Assembly (NCBI GenBank): GCA_030390025.1
Contig: CM059425.1
Span: forward strand, 164,550,001 to 164,614,000
Length of the DNA: 64,000 bases
Direction: 5' to 3'
Source of the DNA: Squalus acanthias
Lineage: Eukaryota
Shown piece by piece: positions 38,490 to 51,522 of this stretch. The stretch's first letter is position 1. Each line of letters starts with the position of its first letter. Both the position numbers and the translations under genes were made by a program. The notes beneath the pieces are model-generated. The model ran no database searches, was not told where the DNA came from, and was given only the letters and a program-made list of their open reading frames with translations.

Positions 38490-40140
38490 ATGAGTTTCCA
38501 CTGGGATTCCCTTACATCTCTGCTTTTTGAAGTAAGAAGAGGAAGACCAACAGAGGTAAGTCAGGATGTACCAGATGGACTCTGTACCCATCCACTGGTA
38601 CCCTCATACCAGAATATGCAGACAGAGCTGCACACACCTCCACTTGTCCAAGGAGCAATGTCTTCAGCAGCTTTGTTTTACCAGGGCAGCGTTGATGGGA
38701 GTTATACCACATGCTGAAAACAGGGCTGCAGCCAATGTTCCACACTAATAACACTTCCAGTGGCTGTAAAATTGACAACCACACTGAACTTTTATGTCAG
38801 GATTGCTTCAAGCTGTCACTAGGGACATTGCAAATATGTGCATCAGCTGTAGACAGATGTGTGAAGCAAGTCAGAAAAGCATGGTTTGCTCAAGCCAGTT
38901 TATATCCTTCCCTATGGACAATTACGGTGGCATAGTGGTTAGCACTGTTGCCTCACAGCGCCAGGGACCCGGGTTCGAATCCGGCCTCGGGTGACTGTCT
39001 GTGTGGAGTTTGCACATTCTCCCCGTGTCTGCATGGGTTTCCTCCGGGTGCTCCGGTTTCCTCCCACAGTCCAAAGATGTGTGGGTTAGGTTGATTTGGC
39101 TATGATAAATTGACCCTTAGTGTTAGGGGGATTAAATACGTGGGGATAGGGTGGGATATGTGTCGGTGCAGGCTCGATGGGCCGAAATGGCCTCTATCTG
39201 CACTGTGGGGATTCTGTGTGATTCTGTGACATTACCTTCTGCGACTGGTGGGTACTGCAGGGTATAGAGCGTTTAATTGCACAAACAATAATATGATTGA
39301 TAATTAGTTTTCATTTAGTTAATTACATTTTATGTCTAACTTATCATATTAGTGGTCCCTCCTTAATCTTAGAGTTGTTTTTCTGTTAGTAAGACTGGGG
39401 CAACCCAGTGTCACCTTTATTGATTTATTAAAAATAGAAATGAGGGCTGTACAATCTTACAAAGTGAGAACCAAGCTTCCTAAAGGTCCAAGGGGTTATG
39501 GATTGCACTGGTGTGGCTGTATGTGCTCCCGCACACAAAGTCATTACCTCCCTAAAGCAGCCTTGATCTTATTGAATGGCGGAGCAGACTCGAAGGGTCA
39601 GATGGCCTACTCCTGCTCCTATTTCTTAAGCTCATTTGTAACCATCAATATCACATTATGCAAGTCAGTGCTCTCTTCCCAGATATCTGTCACAATGCCT
39701 TTTTAAGGCAGTTCACCATGCCACCAATATTTGACCTAGATAGGCAAGTCTCAGGATAGCTCCTGGGTGTTCAAGACTATCCTCTTGAACTCCTGAGGTC
39801 ATAATGATTCTCGGGTATTCCACCCAGTTGAATATAGGTACAATAAAGTGCATATGTCCACCAGAGTATTCATCAAGCACACCATTGGCACGTTGAAGCC
39901 ACTTTTCAGGTCGCTGGACCGATCTGGAAGCATTCTGCAATATGGAAGGCGAGGCTTTCAAGGATTTATGGTAGTGTGCTGCATGCTGCACAACTTTATC
40001 TTGCAAAGAAACATCATCAGTGAAGACCTTGGAAGAGCAGCCAGAAGTGGCTGCAAAAGAAAACTCATTGTTCTCAGTGACAGCAAACTTAATGATCCCA
40101 ATAAGATTAGAGAAGTTCTTTGTAACCAAGACATGAGCAA
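38490..40140 (+). mobile_element. Harbinger transposase relic interrupted by SINEs
   Basis: LPVAVKLTTTLNFY (38755-38800), QFISFPMD, HMSTRVFIKHTIGTLKPLFRSLDRSG...VCCMLHNF. Confidence 0.75.
38924..39227 (+). mobile_element. V-SINE (HE1-like)
   Basis: tRNA head TGGCATAGTGG / GGTTCGAATCC; V core TGTGTGGAGTTTGCACATTCTCCCCGTG...GGTTTCCTCCGGGTGCTCCGGTTTCCTCCCAC; CR1-like tail. Confidence 0.9.
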
Positions 40141-41192
40141 TATGCTCTCCTTAAAAAAAAATACATAACCTAAGCAGATTCAATTAATTTGATTTAAATG
40201 AGATAGAAGTCCTAGACAGGCTAAAAGGGCTCAAAACAAGCAAGTCCCTAGAGATAGATAATATATAGCCCAGAGAGACTAGCGAGAAGATTTGTGAGGA
40301 ATGGATAATCATTGTGAGGGAGTCTCTAGACACTGGTGAGGTACCAGTAGATTGGAAATAAGCTAAAGCGGTGCCCGATTTCAAACTAGGTCAGAAACTC
40401 AGCTCAAGTCGAAGAGGATGCAAAGGTTGGTAATGGTCCAGTTCAACCTGAGACAATGACCAGGTATGGAGTTTGTGGCAGGGACAGAAAACAATGTTTC
40501 CAATGTTCAACTGAAAGAAATTGCACCTCATTCAAGAATGCATGTCAGACAATATCAACCTAATTTAGATTAATAATGGGCCTGAATTTGCGGTCGGAGG
40601 CTTCCCGCGGGGAAATGCCTCCGATTCACAATTAAAATCCGTGCCTACCTTCTGGCTCGGGATCCTCGGAGACTCGCGCTCCTGGGCCTCTACGCGTAGA
40701 CATGTGTAGAGGCCCACGTATCCCAGGGGCACACGTGGTTCACAAGCGCCCCAGGCATCACGTGGGCCAGCCCAACCAATGAAAGAGGGGATCCCCATTC
40801 ATGCTTATGTACGTACGGAATCCCCATAAGAATTAATGGGGATCACATAATAAACACATTTACTTCCCAAATAAATAAAAACAAAAATTATATATTTAAA
40901 ATTAATTAAAATACAATTTAATTAAACATTTAAAACAAAAATGTAATTTTTTGAAAAATAAATTTAAATGTTTTAAAGATGCTAAAAATAACCGTAACTT
41001 ATTTTACAGGTGTTTTAATGTTTAAATAATTGAAAAAAATTTTTTTATATTCATTTAAACTCTTACGCTGGCAAAAGCAGGCATAAGAATTTCACAGGGC
41101 ATTCACTGGGCAGTAGTTGGGCAAATAACCCAACTCTCCACTCGTGGAGGCCCTTTTCCCAGGGATGGCTATGATCTGTCAAGAAGATTCTT

Positions 41193-41407
41193 ATGAGAAG
41201 TCGCACATCACCAGGTTATAGTCCAACAGTTTTATTTGAAATTACGAGCTTTCGGAGCTCTGCTCCTTCTTCAGGTACAGGACCTGTACCTGAAGAAGGA
41301 GCAGAGCTCCGAAAGCTCGTAATTTCAAATAAAACTGTTGGACTATAACCTGGTGATGTGCAACTTCTCATTTTTGTCCACCCCAGTCCAACACCGGCAT
41401 CTCCACA
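41193..41407. mobile_element. Palindromic Penelope-derived mini-element with back-to-back hammerheads
   Basis: 89-bp arms 41193-41281 and 41283-41371 with 1 mismatch; 14-bp TSD TCAAGAAGATTCTT at 41179-41192 and 41408-41421. Confidence 0.92.
41287..41321 (+). ncRNA. Minimal hammerhead (AGCU family); mirror copy on the minus strand at 41243-41277
   Basis: TAC-CTGAAGA-A-GGAGC-AGA-GCTCC-GAAA-GCTC-GTA. Confidence 0.75.
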
Positions 41408-42312
41408 TCAAGAAGATTCTTGACAGATTGCAAGTTCCAGGTTTTCGTGCAGAACTTGCGAGGCCCTTACGGGTGCGTATGCACCGGAAAATACAGGCCA
41501 TTGTCTGCAGAAAACAGCCCATAAGAAATCAATGACAGGTGGCACACCCATATATTTTAGAGCCGTATCTCGTATGAGGAAGAAGCCCTCGAGATACTTG
41601 GAATGGAGGCTCTAGAGGGTGTCTGATGAGGAAGAATGAGGGCAGGCACCAGTTCAGTGTTCATTACCAACCTCTGCTGTTCCCACTTCATTCATTAACA
41701 GCCAGTAAAGCATACATTGAGGCCCTTTACTGTGTCACTGCTACTGAAAGCTAATGTGAAAGCTGCTCACCAGAACACTATTGTAATCTGACTTCCTTTT
41801 CTCTTTTGCTAGATGTGCCAGATGATGGCGAGTCTGAAAAATAAAATGTAAACAATTGACTTTCGTCTCAGAAAATACAAAATGCTTTACAAGTTCTCAG
41901 GAGTTTTAAAACAAGTGAAAAATACCAGGAAATAAGAAAGCCTGGAAAATTAGATAAATGTGTAGCTGCCCCACATTTCCGCTCACTACAAATTTAAAGT
42001 CTCAACTGTATAATTAGGGAAGCACGAACAGAACCAAAATTCATCCCAATAAGGAGGAAATAAAATCAAACTAATTTAATAAATAGATCAAAATGAGTCA
42101 TGCGATTTCCAGTAGCTGCACTCTTTATGGGGAAAGGAAAAATACATTTAAAATAGACCAAATGTCCATATAGAGTTCATTAAACAGGGAAAACAAACAC
42201 ACCAAAACACAAAAAAAAATGAAACTGAACATAAAGTGAATTAAGACAGAAACTGAATATTAGCTCATTTTCCTTCAGTGAGGCAACTAAAACTTGAAAT
42301 CAACAAAAGAGT

Positions 42313-42772
42313 GTCAGCTGTGGCTCAGTGGGTAGCACAATCACCTCGGAGTCAGAAGGTTGTGGATTCAAGTCCCACTCCAGGGACTTGAGCACAAAAA
42401 TCTAGACTGACACTCCAGTGCAGTGCTGAGGGAGTGCTGCACTGCTGGAGGTGCCGTCTTTTGGATGAGATGTTAAACCAAGGCCCCATCTGCTCTCCCA
42501 GGTGGATGTAAAAGATCCCATGGCACTATTTCAAAGAAGAGCAGGGGAGTTATCCCTGGTGTCCTGGCCAATATTTATCCCTCAACCAACATAACAAAAA
42601 CAGATTATCTGGTCATAATCACATTATGATAATGCTGTGCGCAAATTGGCTGCCGCGTTTCCCACATTACAACAGTGACTACACTTCAAATAGTACTTCA
42701 TTGGCTGTAAAGCGCTTTGAGACGTCCGGTGGTTGTGAAAAGCGCTATAGAAATGTAAGTCTTTCTTTCTTT
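42313..42772 (+). mobile_element. Full-length Deu-SINE (SacSINE1-like)
   Basis: tRNA head TGGCTCAGTGG; Deu core GGAGGTGCCGTCTTTTGGATGAG...GTAAAAGATCCCATGGCACT; (CTTT)n tail. Confidence 0.9.
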
Positions 42773-43939
42773 AATTGAAAGCTTCCCTGCCAATTTCAGT
42801 AACCATATGCCATTCCAGTCCACTAGATGAAAATAGACAGCTCTTCAAGGGCAACAATAATAATAATAGCTCACAGTTCACGAGAATGATTTCCACCAGA
42901 GTACAAAGTGATTTGGGGGGGAAAGGGGGGGGGGTGAATTTATTCTAAATACATTTTTATAATATAAATAAAAAACATTAATTTATATAGTATACTTCGA
43001 GGAAAGATTGAGAAGTAATTCTGTAATCTGGTATTCCCATTAATTTTAATGGGCGGGACCCATAATTTCCCAGGAACACAAATCACAAAATTACCTCAAA
43101 TTCAAAGAATCTCTCAGTACTCTGTGAAATATGACAGTTCTGGTTAGGCCCTTACCATAAGCATTTGCAATGACACTATTTGCATCAAGAACAACATGAA
43201 CCATGAAAAACAGCACAGCAATATACTGTGGAGTTCAAGAATGAATGGTGACGCAAGAAAACTACTAGGCACTTGGTCTAAGCGTTAAACAAAGCTTTAA
43301 TCAACTGTTTTACAACATGGAGGTCTATTTGTGTCCTTCACTAGTTCCTGTTAAGAATGTCCTGCGCAAGCTGGGCCCGTGCCCGTGTATTTATACTCTC
43401 CCTGGACAGCGCCACCCGCAGGCCACTCAGTATTATTTCATAAGTCTTTCTTTCATGAATGATAGATTCATGTCAAATGGCATGTATCAGAAGTATCGTA
43501 CACCTTTCCAATTTATCATCAAGCCAACGTGCAGCTCTTGATGAAACCGCTTTTGAGCTTTTGGTTCCATCCATTACTGCAGCTGCTTGGTCATTGAACT
43601 GAACAGTGCACAACCTCAGTGTCATGTTTAACCTCAAGCTGAACTTCAAAACCCATATCTTATCAATCACCAAGACCACCTATTTCCTCCTGCAACATCA
43701 TCTGCCTTCAACCTTAGTTCATCCACAACCCTGCTGAAACCCTCATCCACATCTTCATCACCTCCATGTTTGGCTTCTCCAATGCTCTAATCACCACCCT
43801 CCACCCACATAAACTCCAGCTCATCCAAACCTCCTGAGTCCATGCTATCCTGCACTGTCCCATACACACATCATCAGTAAGTGCCAGCATATGCTCTCCA
43901 TTCTTCCAACTGTGGATCCCTCCATTTCAATAGCAGATC

Positions 43940-45060
43940 AATAATAACTTGCATTTATATAGCGCCTTTAACATAGTAAAACATCCCAAGGTGCATCACA
44001 GGAGCGTTATCAAACAAAATTTGACACCGAGCCATACAAGGAGATATTAGGACAGATGATAAGAAATAGCTTTTAAGCAGCGTCTTAACAGAGGACAGAG
44101 GCAGAGAGGTTTAGGGAGCGAATTCCAGAGCTTAGGTTTAGGCAGCTGAAGGCATGGCCGCCATGGTGGAGCAATTAAAATCGGGGATGTGCAAGAGGCC
44201 AGAATTGGAGGAGCGCAGAGGTTGTAGGGCTGGGGGAAGTTACAGAGATAGGGAAGGGCGAGGCTATGGAGGGATTTGAAAACAAGGATGAGAATTTTAA
44301 AAATCAGGGCGTTGCTGGACATGGAGCCAATGTAGCTCAGCGAGCGCAGGGGTGATGGATGAACAGGACTTGGTACAAGTTAGGCTACAGGCAGCAGAGA
44401 TTTGGATGAGCTCAAGTTTATGTAGGGTGGAAGATGGGAGGCCAGCCAGGAGAGCTTTGGAATAGTCAAGTCTAGAGGTAACAAAGGCATGGATGAGGAT
44501 TTCAGCAGCAGATGAGCTGAGGCAGGGGCGGTAGTAGAAGTTGGCGGTCTTGGTGATGGAGCGGATATGTGATCAGAAGCTCATCTCGGGGTCAAATACA
44601 ACACTAAGGTTGCGAACAATCTGGTTCAGCCTCAGACAGTTGCCAGGGAGAGGGATGGAGTTGGTGGCTAGGGAACGGAGATTGTGGCGGGGACCAAAGA
44701 CAATGGCATCGATCTTCCCAATATTAGTTGGAGGAAATTTCTGCTCATCAAATACTGGATGTCGGACAAGCAGCATGACAAATCAGAGACAGTGAAGAGG
44801 TCGAGAGAAGTGGTGGTGGGGTAAAGTTGGATTTTGTCAGCATACATGAGGAACCGGACGTGTTTTCGGATGATGTCGCCGAGCAGCAGCATGCAGATGT
44901 AGATGAGAAATAGGTGGGAGCCAAGGATAGATCCTTAGGGTCTCCTGAAGTAACGGTGCAGGAGTGGGAAGAGAAGCCATTGCAGGTGATTCTCTTGCTA
45001 TGACTGGTTAGATAAGAATGGAACCAGGCGAGGGCAGTCCCGCCCAGCTGGACGACGGAT
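43940..45060 (-). mobile_element. L2-type LINE 3' portion
   Basis: MYADK, VRNLSVVFDPEMSF, FKILILVFKSLHSLALPYL. Confidence 0.85.
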
Positions 45061-45187
45061 CCTTCAGTCCTACATTCTGCCCACCTTGAGAAGCCTCTTC
45101 AAAATATCTCTGTTCGAACATACCACCTCACCTGAGCCTGCTTCACTTTATTGTGCGGCATCAGTTTCTCCTCGGTTTTGTGTCTTT

Positions 45188-45952
45188 GGCCCAAAAATTC
45201 GGCCGAATACGGGAGAGTAGCCGCTGCGTACTCACCCGTATTCGTTCCCGAAGTGCTGGTTTCCTGCATGCACTGCGCATGCGCGGGAAACCGGCACTTC
45301 TGGTATGGTGAAGGGGGCGGTTCTTAAGTGAACCGCGTGAGCACTAGAGGCTGCGCGCACGCAGCACACTTAGGTTTTTTTTCAGGTTTCAACGCGAAGG
45401 TAAGTATGGAAGATTCTACACAAGTAAAAAGGAGGCGTAAGACCCCTTTTGAACAAGGTAAGTAGTTAATTAAGTATAATTTTTAATTTTTTTCAACAGG
45501 TTTATCTTTTTTAGAGACTTTAAAGAAAGGTAAGTTTATTTTTATAACTTTAAAATCTTTTTTTAATTTTTTCAAAAATTTAAATTTTTGTTTAAAGTGG
45601 TTAATTTATTTAACTATAGTTATTTTATTAATGTGATGGTTTTTAAAAAAAAATTATTTGAGGTTTAGCTGTTCTTTTGGGGTCTCTTTCAATTCACAGA
45701 TTTGACAGGTCTCCTGTCAAATCTATGAATGAAAGATGGTCTGCTGCCATTGGCTCTCCATGGCCCACGTGATCCCAGGGGACGCATCGCACTAACTGCG
45801 CCCCTGGGACACGCACACACTGCGCGCCGGCACTAGGGAGAGGCCCAGGACCCGAAGTTCCTGTGGGCCCAAAACACAACGGCCGGCGCGGTGTGTGATA
45901 TCGCACGTGATCCTTACCCCCGCAGCAAGCCTCCGAGTCAAATTTCTGGGCC
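45188..45952. mobile_element. Harbinger-type MITE, family B (inverted relative to 26908-27674)
   Basis: TIRs GGCCCAAAAATTCGG / CAAATTTCTGGGCC; colinear with 26908-27674; TSD not clean. Confidence 0.8.
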
Positions 45953-47033
45953 AATGTTTGCCATGTTAAAGTTCAACACTGTCAATGTCATCTAATCTAA
46001 CAATATGAATTTCCTTCCTTAAATACCTTGGTCTTTTTTATATGGCAGTCTTAATGTGCCACATGTCTATGCCAGTTACTATTTTGGTTGACATGAATTT
46101 ATAAATTTCATTTTGTCAAAAACAAAAACTACTTTCAGTATATGAGTGTCTAAATTCTGGAGACATAAACTACAGCTTCTACAAATTCATCACTGACAAG
46201 CAGTCCTGGAATAATGATGGCTCAGTCTCAAAGGCAGATCTGCTCTGATCTCCTATACCGAGCCCTGATTTCCTCCATATGTTCAAAGAGCATCAGATTA
46301 TTTTAATAAATGGTGCAGTCCAATGGCACTGTGTGGTTCATACAATACATGCAGTAAGAACTGTTTTTAAGCACAGTAATATGTTTTAATGCATTGAATT
46401 GATTAGAAGGATCAGCCTGTAATTATAATTAGGTGCGCTTTATGGGGAATGGCAGAAGCATGAGAAGAATGCCGGTCTTTATACTTCAAGAGGTTCCAAA
46501 ATCCCAAGAGAAAGGATTCAAGTTTTGTTTGGGTGATGAATAATTTGTTCCTGTACTTCAAAACAAATCATTTTCAACTTGCAACAGAAACACAAATGCT
46601 AGTGCTAATGTACTTTTGCAGCTGGTGATGGTTTGCCCAGGCACACAACACAGCAATCATATTGCCTCCCTGACATCAGCAATTCTAAAGAATTAGTTTT
46701 GATGCTATACCAGGAGGGAAATGGCCCTTATTTGTACTGGTAAAATTATTAATTTGCACCAACTATACCTTTAATTAGGAGTAGTACTGATTCAGATCCT
46801 GTTTACGGCTATCATTTTGCTGAAGGTCAAGATTGTATAATAGCAAGGGATAATGTTCAAAGCTAGGAGCTTATGAACAAAATAGACCTTAAACATACCC
46901 GAGATATACTTCTTCAAAGCTATTAACCCGTCAGCTATATAAGGAATCTAATTGTAAAATAACCTCACTAATCATATAACTGTCTTTGACTAAGCGTAAT
47001 TATTCTACATAAACCAGTTGAGGCTGAGCAGCT

Positions 47034-48181
47034 TCTGATGCCACCTTCCATACCAGTGCTTCCGACATGTCTTCCTTTTTCCTCAACCGAGGATTCCCCT
47101 CTACCGTGGTCGACACGGCCCTCGACCGTGTCCGTTCTATCTCCCGCACATCTGCCCTCACCCCTGCCCCTCCCTCCCGGAACCACGATAGGGTTCCCCT
47201 TGTCCTCACCTTTCACCCCACCAGCCTCCACATTCAACGGATCATCCGCCGCCATTTCCGCCACCTCCAGCGTGATCCCACCACCAAACACATCTTCCCC
47301 TCACCTCCCCTTTCAGCATTCCGTAGGGACCGCTCCCTCCGCGACACCCTAGTCCACTCCTCTACCACCCCCAGCACCCCTTCCCCTTCGCCCGGCACCT
47401 TCCCGTGCACGCGCAGGAGATGCAACACATGCCCTTATACCTCCCCTCTTCCCACTGTCCAGGGCCCCAAACACCCCTTCCAGGTGAAACAGCAATTTAC
47501 TTGTACTTCCTGCAATTTAGTATACTGTATTCACTGCTCACGATGTGGACTCCTCTACATTGGGGAGACCAAACGCAGATTGGGTGACCGCTTTGCGGAA
47601 CACCTCCGTTCAGTCCGTAAGGGGGACCCCGAGCTCCCGGTGGCCTGTCACTTTAATTCACCGCTTCACTCCCACTCTGACCTCACCGTCCTCGGCCTAT
47701 TACACTGTTCCACGGAAGCTCAGCGTAAGCTCGAGGAACAGCACCTCATCTTTCGTTTAGGCACGCTACAGCCCTCTGGACTCAATATCGAGTTCAACAA
47801 TTTTAGATCATAACCTCAGCTCCAATCACATTTATATTTTATTTTATCCACCCTTTTATTTGTCCCCCCCCACCTTTTTTTTTTCCTCCTAGAAGCTGGC
47901 AGCTGTCCTTCATTCTGCCAGTGGATTTCACACATCATTCAGCCTTAATCTGTCACATTAACACCACCTCTAGCCTTGCATATCTCTTAATGTCTCTTCA
48001 TCTCCCCCTTTGTTCCTTTATCCCCTCCCCCTTTTCCCAGCTTTACCCTGGCCTTAAATCTATTTGATTTCCGGCTCTTCCCAGTTCTGATGAAAGGTCA
48101 TCGACCTGAAACGTTAACTCTCTTTCTCTCTCCACGGATGCTGCCTGGCCTGCTGAGTTTTTCCAGCGTTTTCTGTTGTTA
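47034..48181 (+). mobile_element. 5'-truncated Penelope element
   Basis: ORF 47067..47813 with intact GIY-YIG (NLVYCIHC..LYIGETKRRLGDRFAEH...GLN); 16-bp TSD TTGAGGCTGAGCAGCT at 47018-47033 and 48182-48197. Confidence 0.94.
48083..48119 (+). ncRNA. Minimal type I hammerhead ribozyme (ACGU family), best-conserved copy
   Basis: AGTT-CTGATGA-A-AGGTC-ATC-GACCT-GAAA-CGTT-AACT. Confidence 0.8.
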
Positions 48182-48259
48182 TTGAGGCTGAGCAGCTGAT
48201 ACCTTTAAACTATGTTTGTATCTTCAATGCTTTTAAACTCTTTTCAGGTAATAATATCT

Positions 48260-50760
48260 AGTCATAGAGTTATACAGCACAGAAAGAGGCCCTTCGGTCC
48301 ATCGTGTCCGCGCTGGCCATCAAGCCCTGTCTATTCTAATCCCATTTTCCAGCACTTGGTCCGTAGCCTTGTATGCTATGGCGTTTCAAATGCTCATCTA
48401 AATGCTTCTTGAATGTTGTGAGGGTTCCTGCCTCTACCACCCTTTCAGGCAGTGAGTTCCAGATTCCAACCACCCTCTGGGTGAAAACGTTTTTCCTCAA
48501 ATCCCCTCTAAACCTCCTGCCCCTTACCTTGAAACTATGCCCCCTGGTTATTGACCCCTCTACTAAGGGGAAAAGTTCCTTTCTATCTACCCTATCTATG
48601 CCCCTCATAATTTTGTACACCTCAATCAGGTCCCCCCTCAGCCTTCTCTGCTCTAAGGAAAACAACCCCAGCCTGTCCAGTCTCTCTTCATAGCTGAAGC
48701 GTTCCAGCCCAGGTAACATCCTGGTGAATCTCCTCTGCACCGTCTCCAATGCAATCACATCCTTCCTATAGTGTGGCGATCAGACCTGCACACAGTATTC
48801 CAGCTGTGGCCTAACTAGCGTTTTGTACAGCTCCATCATAACCTCCCTGCTCTTATATTCTATGCCTCGGCTAATGAAGGCAAGTATGCCTTTTTAACCA
48901 CCTTATCTACCTGTCCTGCTGCCTTCAGGGATCTATGTACATGCACACCAAGGTCCCTCTGATTCTCTGTCCTTCCTAGGGTCCTACCATTCATTGTGTA
49001 TTCCCTTGCCTTGTTGGTCCTCCCAAAATGCATCACCTCACACTTTTCAGGGTTAAATTCCATTTGCCACTGTTCTGCCCATCTAACCAACCCGTCTATA
49101 TCGTCCTGTAGCCTGAGGCTTCCCTCCTCGCTATTTACCACTCCACGAATTTTGTGTCATCTGCGAACTTACTGATCATACCTCCTACATTCATATCTAA
49201 ATCATTAATGTACACTACAAATAGCAAAGGACCCAGCACCGATCCCTGCGGTACACCACTGGACACAGGCATCCAGTCACAAAAACAACCTTCGACCATC
49301 ACCCTCTGCCTCCTGCCACTAAGCCAATTTTGGATCCAAGTGCCAAATTGCCCTGGATCCCATGGGCTCTTACCTTCTTGACCAGTCTCCCATGCGGGAC
49401 TTTGTCAAAAGCCTTACTGAAGTCCATGTAGACTACATCAACTGCACTACCCTCATCCACACACCTAGTCACCCCCTCTCAAAATTCAATCAAATTGGTC
49501 AGACATGATCTCCCCCTGACAAAGCCATGCTGACTATTCTTGATTAATCCTTGCCTCTCCAAGTGGAGACTAATTCTGTCCCTCAGAATTTTTTCCAATA
49601 ATTTCCCTACCACTGATGTTAGGCTCACTGGCCTGTAAATCCCTGGTTTATCCCTAATACCCTTCTTGAATAATGGTATTACGTTAGCTGTTCTCCAGTC
49701 CTCTGGCACCTCCCCTGTGGCCAGAGAGGTTCTGAAAATTTGTGTCAGAGCCCCTGCAATCTCCTCCCTTGCCTCACACAGCAGCCTGGGATACATCTCG
49801 TCTGGGCCTGGGGATTTATCCACTTTTAAGCCCGCTAAAACCGCTAGTACCTCCTCCCTCTCAATACTAATTTGTTCAAGTATATCACAATCCCCCTGCC
49901 TGATTTCTATGCCTACATCGTCCTTCTCCATAGTGAACACAGATGCAAAATATTCATTTAAAACCTCACCTACATCTTCTGGCTCTACACACAGATTGCC
50001 ACTTTTGTCCCTAATGGGCCCTACTCTTGCCCTTAATACACTTATAAAACACCTTGGGATTTTCCTTTATTTTGCCCACCAGTGTTTTTTCATGCCCCCT
50101 CTTAGCTCTCCTAATTCCTTTTTTAAGTACCCCCTGCACTTTCTATACTCCTCTAGGGCTTCCACTGTTTTTAGTCCTTTGTATCTGCCAAAAGCCTCCC
50201 TTTTTTTCCTAATCCATTCTTGCATATCCCTTGACATCCAGGGTTCCCTGGGCTTGTTGGTCCCACCCTTGACCTTTACGGGAACATGTTGGCGTTGTAC
50301 TCTCTCTATTTCCTTTCTGAAAGACTCCCACTGCTCTGATGTGGATTTTCCTACAAGTAGCTGATCCCAATCCACTTTGGCCAGATCCTGCCTTATCATA
50401 TTAAAATCGGCCTTCCCCCAATTTAGAACCTTTATTTCCGGTCCATCTTTGTCCTTTTCCATGACTACCTTAAATCTCACCGAATTATGGTCACTGTCAC
50501 CAAAATGCTCTCCTACTGACACTTCTACCACTTGCCCAGCTACATTCCCTAGAATTAGGTCCAGTACCGCCCCCTCTCTTGTAGGATTTTCTACATGCTG
50601 GCTCAAAAAGCTCTCCTGGATACACTTTAAGAATTCCGCACCCTCTAAGCCTTTCACACTCTGACTATCCCAGTTAATATTGGGGAAGTTGAAATCCCCT
50701 ACTATTATTACCCTATTATTTCTACACTTCTCTGAGATTTGCCTACATATCTGTTCCTCT
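48260..50760 (-). mobile_element. CR1 LINE, same subfamily as 19011-21124
   Basis: Nearly identical ORF2 pieces ending HSIQGYGPSAGKWD*. Confidence 0.95.
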
Positions 50761-51336
50761 CAAGTACTTTGTGTACTCCTTAGTATTTAATCTTATGCTA
50801 TTAATCATATTATCTTAGATGTGTTAATAAAGTTGCATTAGTTCACAGATTTCTATTTGACAGCATCTTTGATAACTTCAGCAAAATTTGAACAACTTCA
50901 CTCAGTAGTGTACTGTTGTGAGAAGTATGGTTTGTGTAACTATTAATATACTTTGGACTGGGTAATATAATACATCTCAGAGGCAAACCAAAATTTTAGG
51001 CATCTATTAACCTATAGACATGGGCGGTAAATCTACATCCAGGTGTCTGATGTAGAATTGAGGTAGAAGGGTTAAAGATGTATCTGCTACCTTTTGATTA
51101 ATATTCCTTGCAAGATTTATCAGCCACATTATTATATTTTCAAGTAATTAATGTGTAATCATTTTTCTCTGGAGAAACTGTTTTTGTGTGATGGTATTGC
51201 AAAGACGCGCACAGTTAACTCATGGATCTCACAATTTCTGCAGTTGTGCTGTTAAATGCAGGTGTTCTAGTGCTGAAAACAAACTCAGTTTGGTCTTGCT
51301 GCGTCTGGCACATTACTGTGTAATTATCACTGTGCA

Positions 51337-51522
51337 TGAGAGAGTGCGAGAGAATAATTGAGTGCATGAGCTTCAGTTTATGAGTGAATAAGAGAGAATG
51401 AGCGAGAGAGAGAGAGGTGTCCCAGACTGAGTGAGAGTGAATACGTGAGAAAGTAAGTGAACACGAGAGTTAAATGGTAAGTTTCTGAGTGACAGAGGGA
51501 GTGAGTGCGAGTCAGTGAGTGA
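51337..51522. repeat. Degenerate (GA/GAGT)n low-complexity tract
   Basis: GAGAGAGTG and GAGTGA-type repeats. Confidence 0.65.

Larger units (their letters stand above)
40578..41499. mobile_element. Harbinger-type MITE, family B relative, hosting the palindromic insertion
   Basis: Ends GGGCCTGAATTTGCGG / CCGGAAAATACAGGCC; homologous to 26908-27674 and 37529-38266. Confidence 0.75.

Noticed and set aside
38924..38995. tRNA-like sequences here and at 42313 and 17700-17778
   Set aside because: They are SINE heads continuous with SINE bodies, not tRNA genes.
44845..44870. L2 copy 3 bp shorter at the site where the other L2 carries a MITE (possible excision scar)
   Set aside because: A single small indel in a diverged copy; cannot be told from ordinary decay or subfamily difference.
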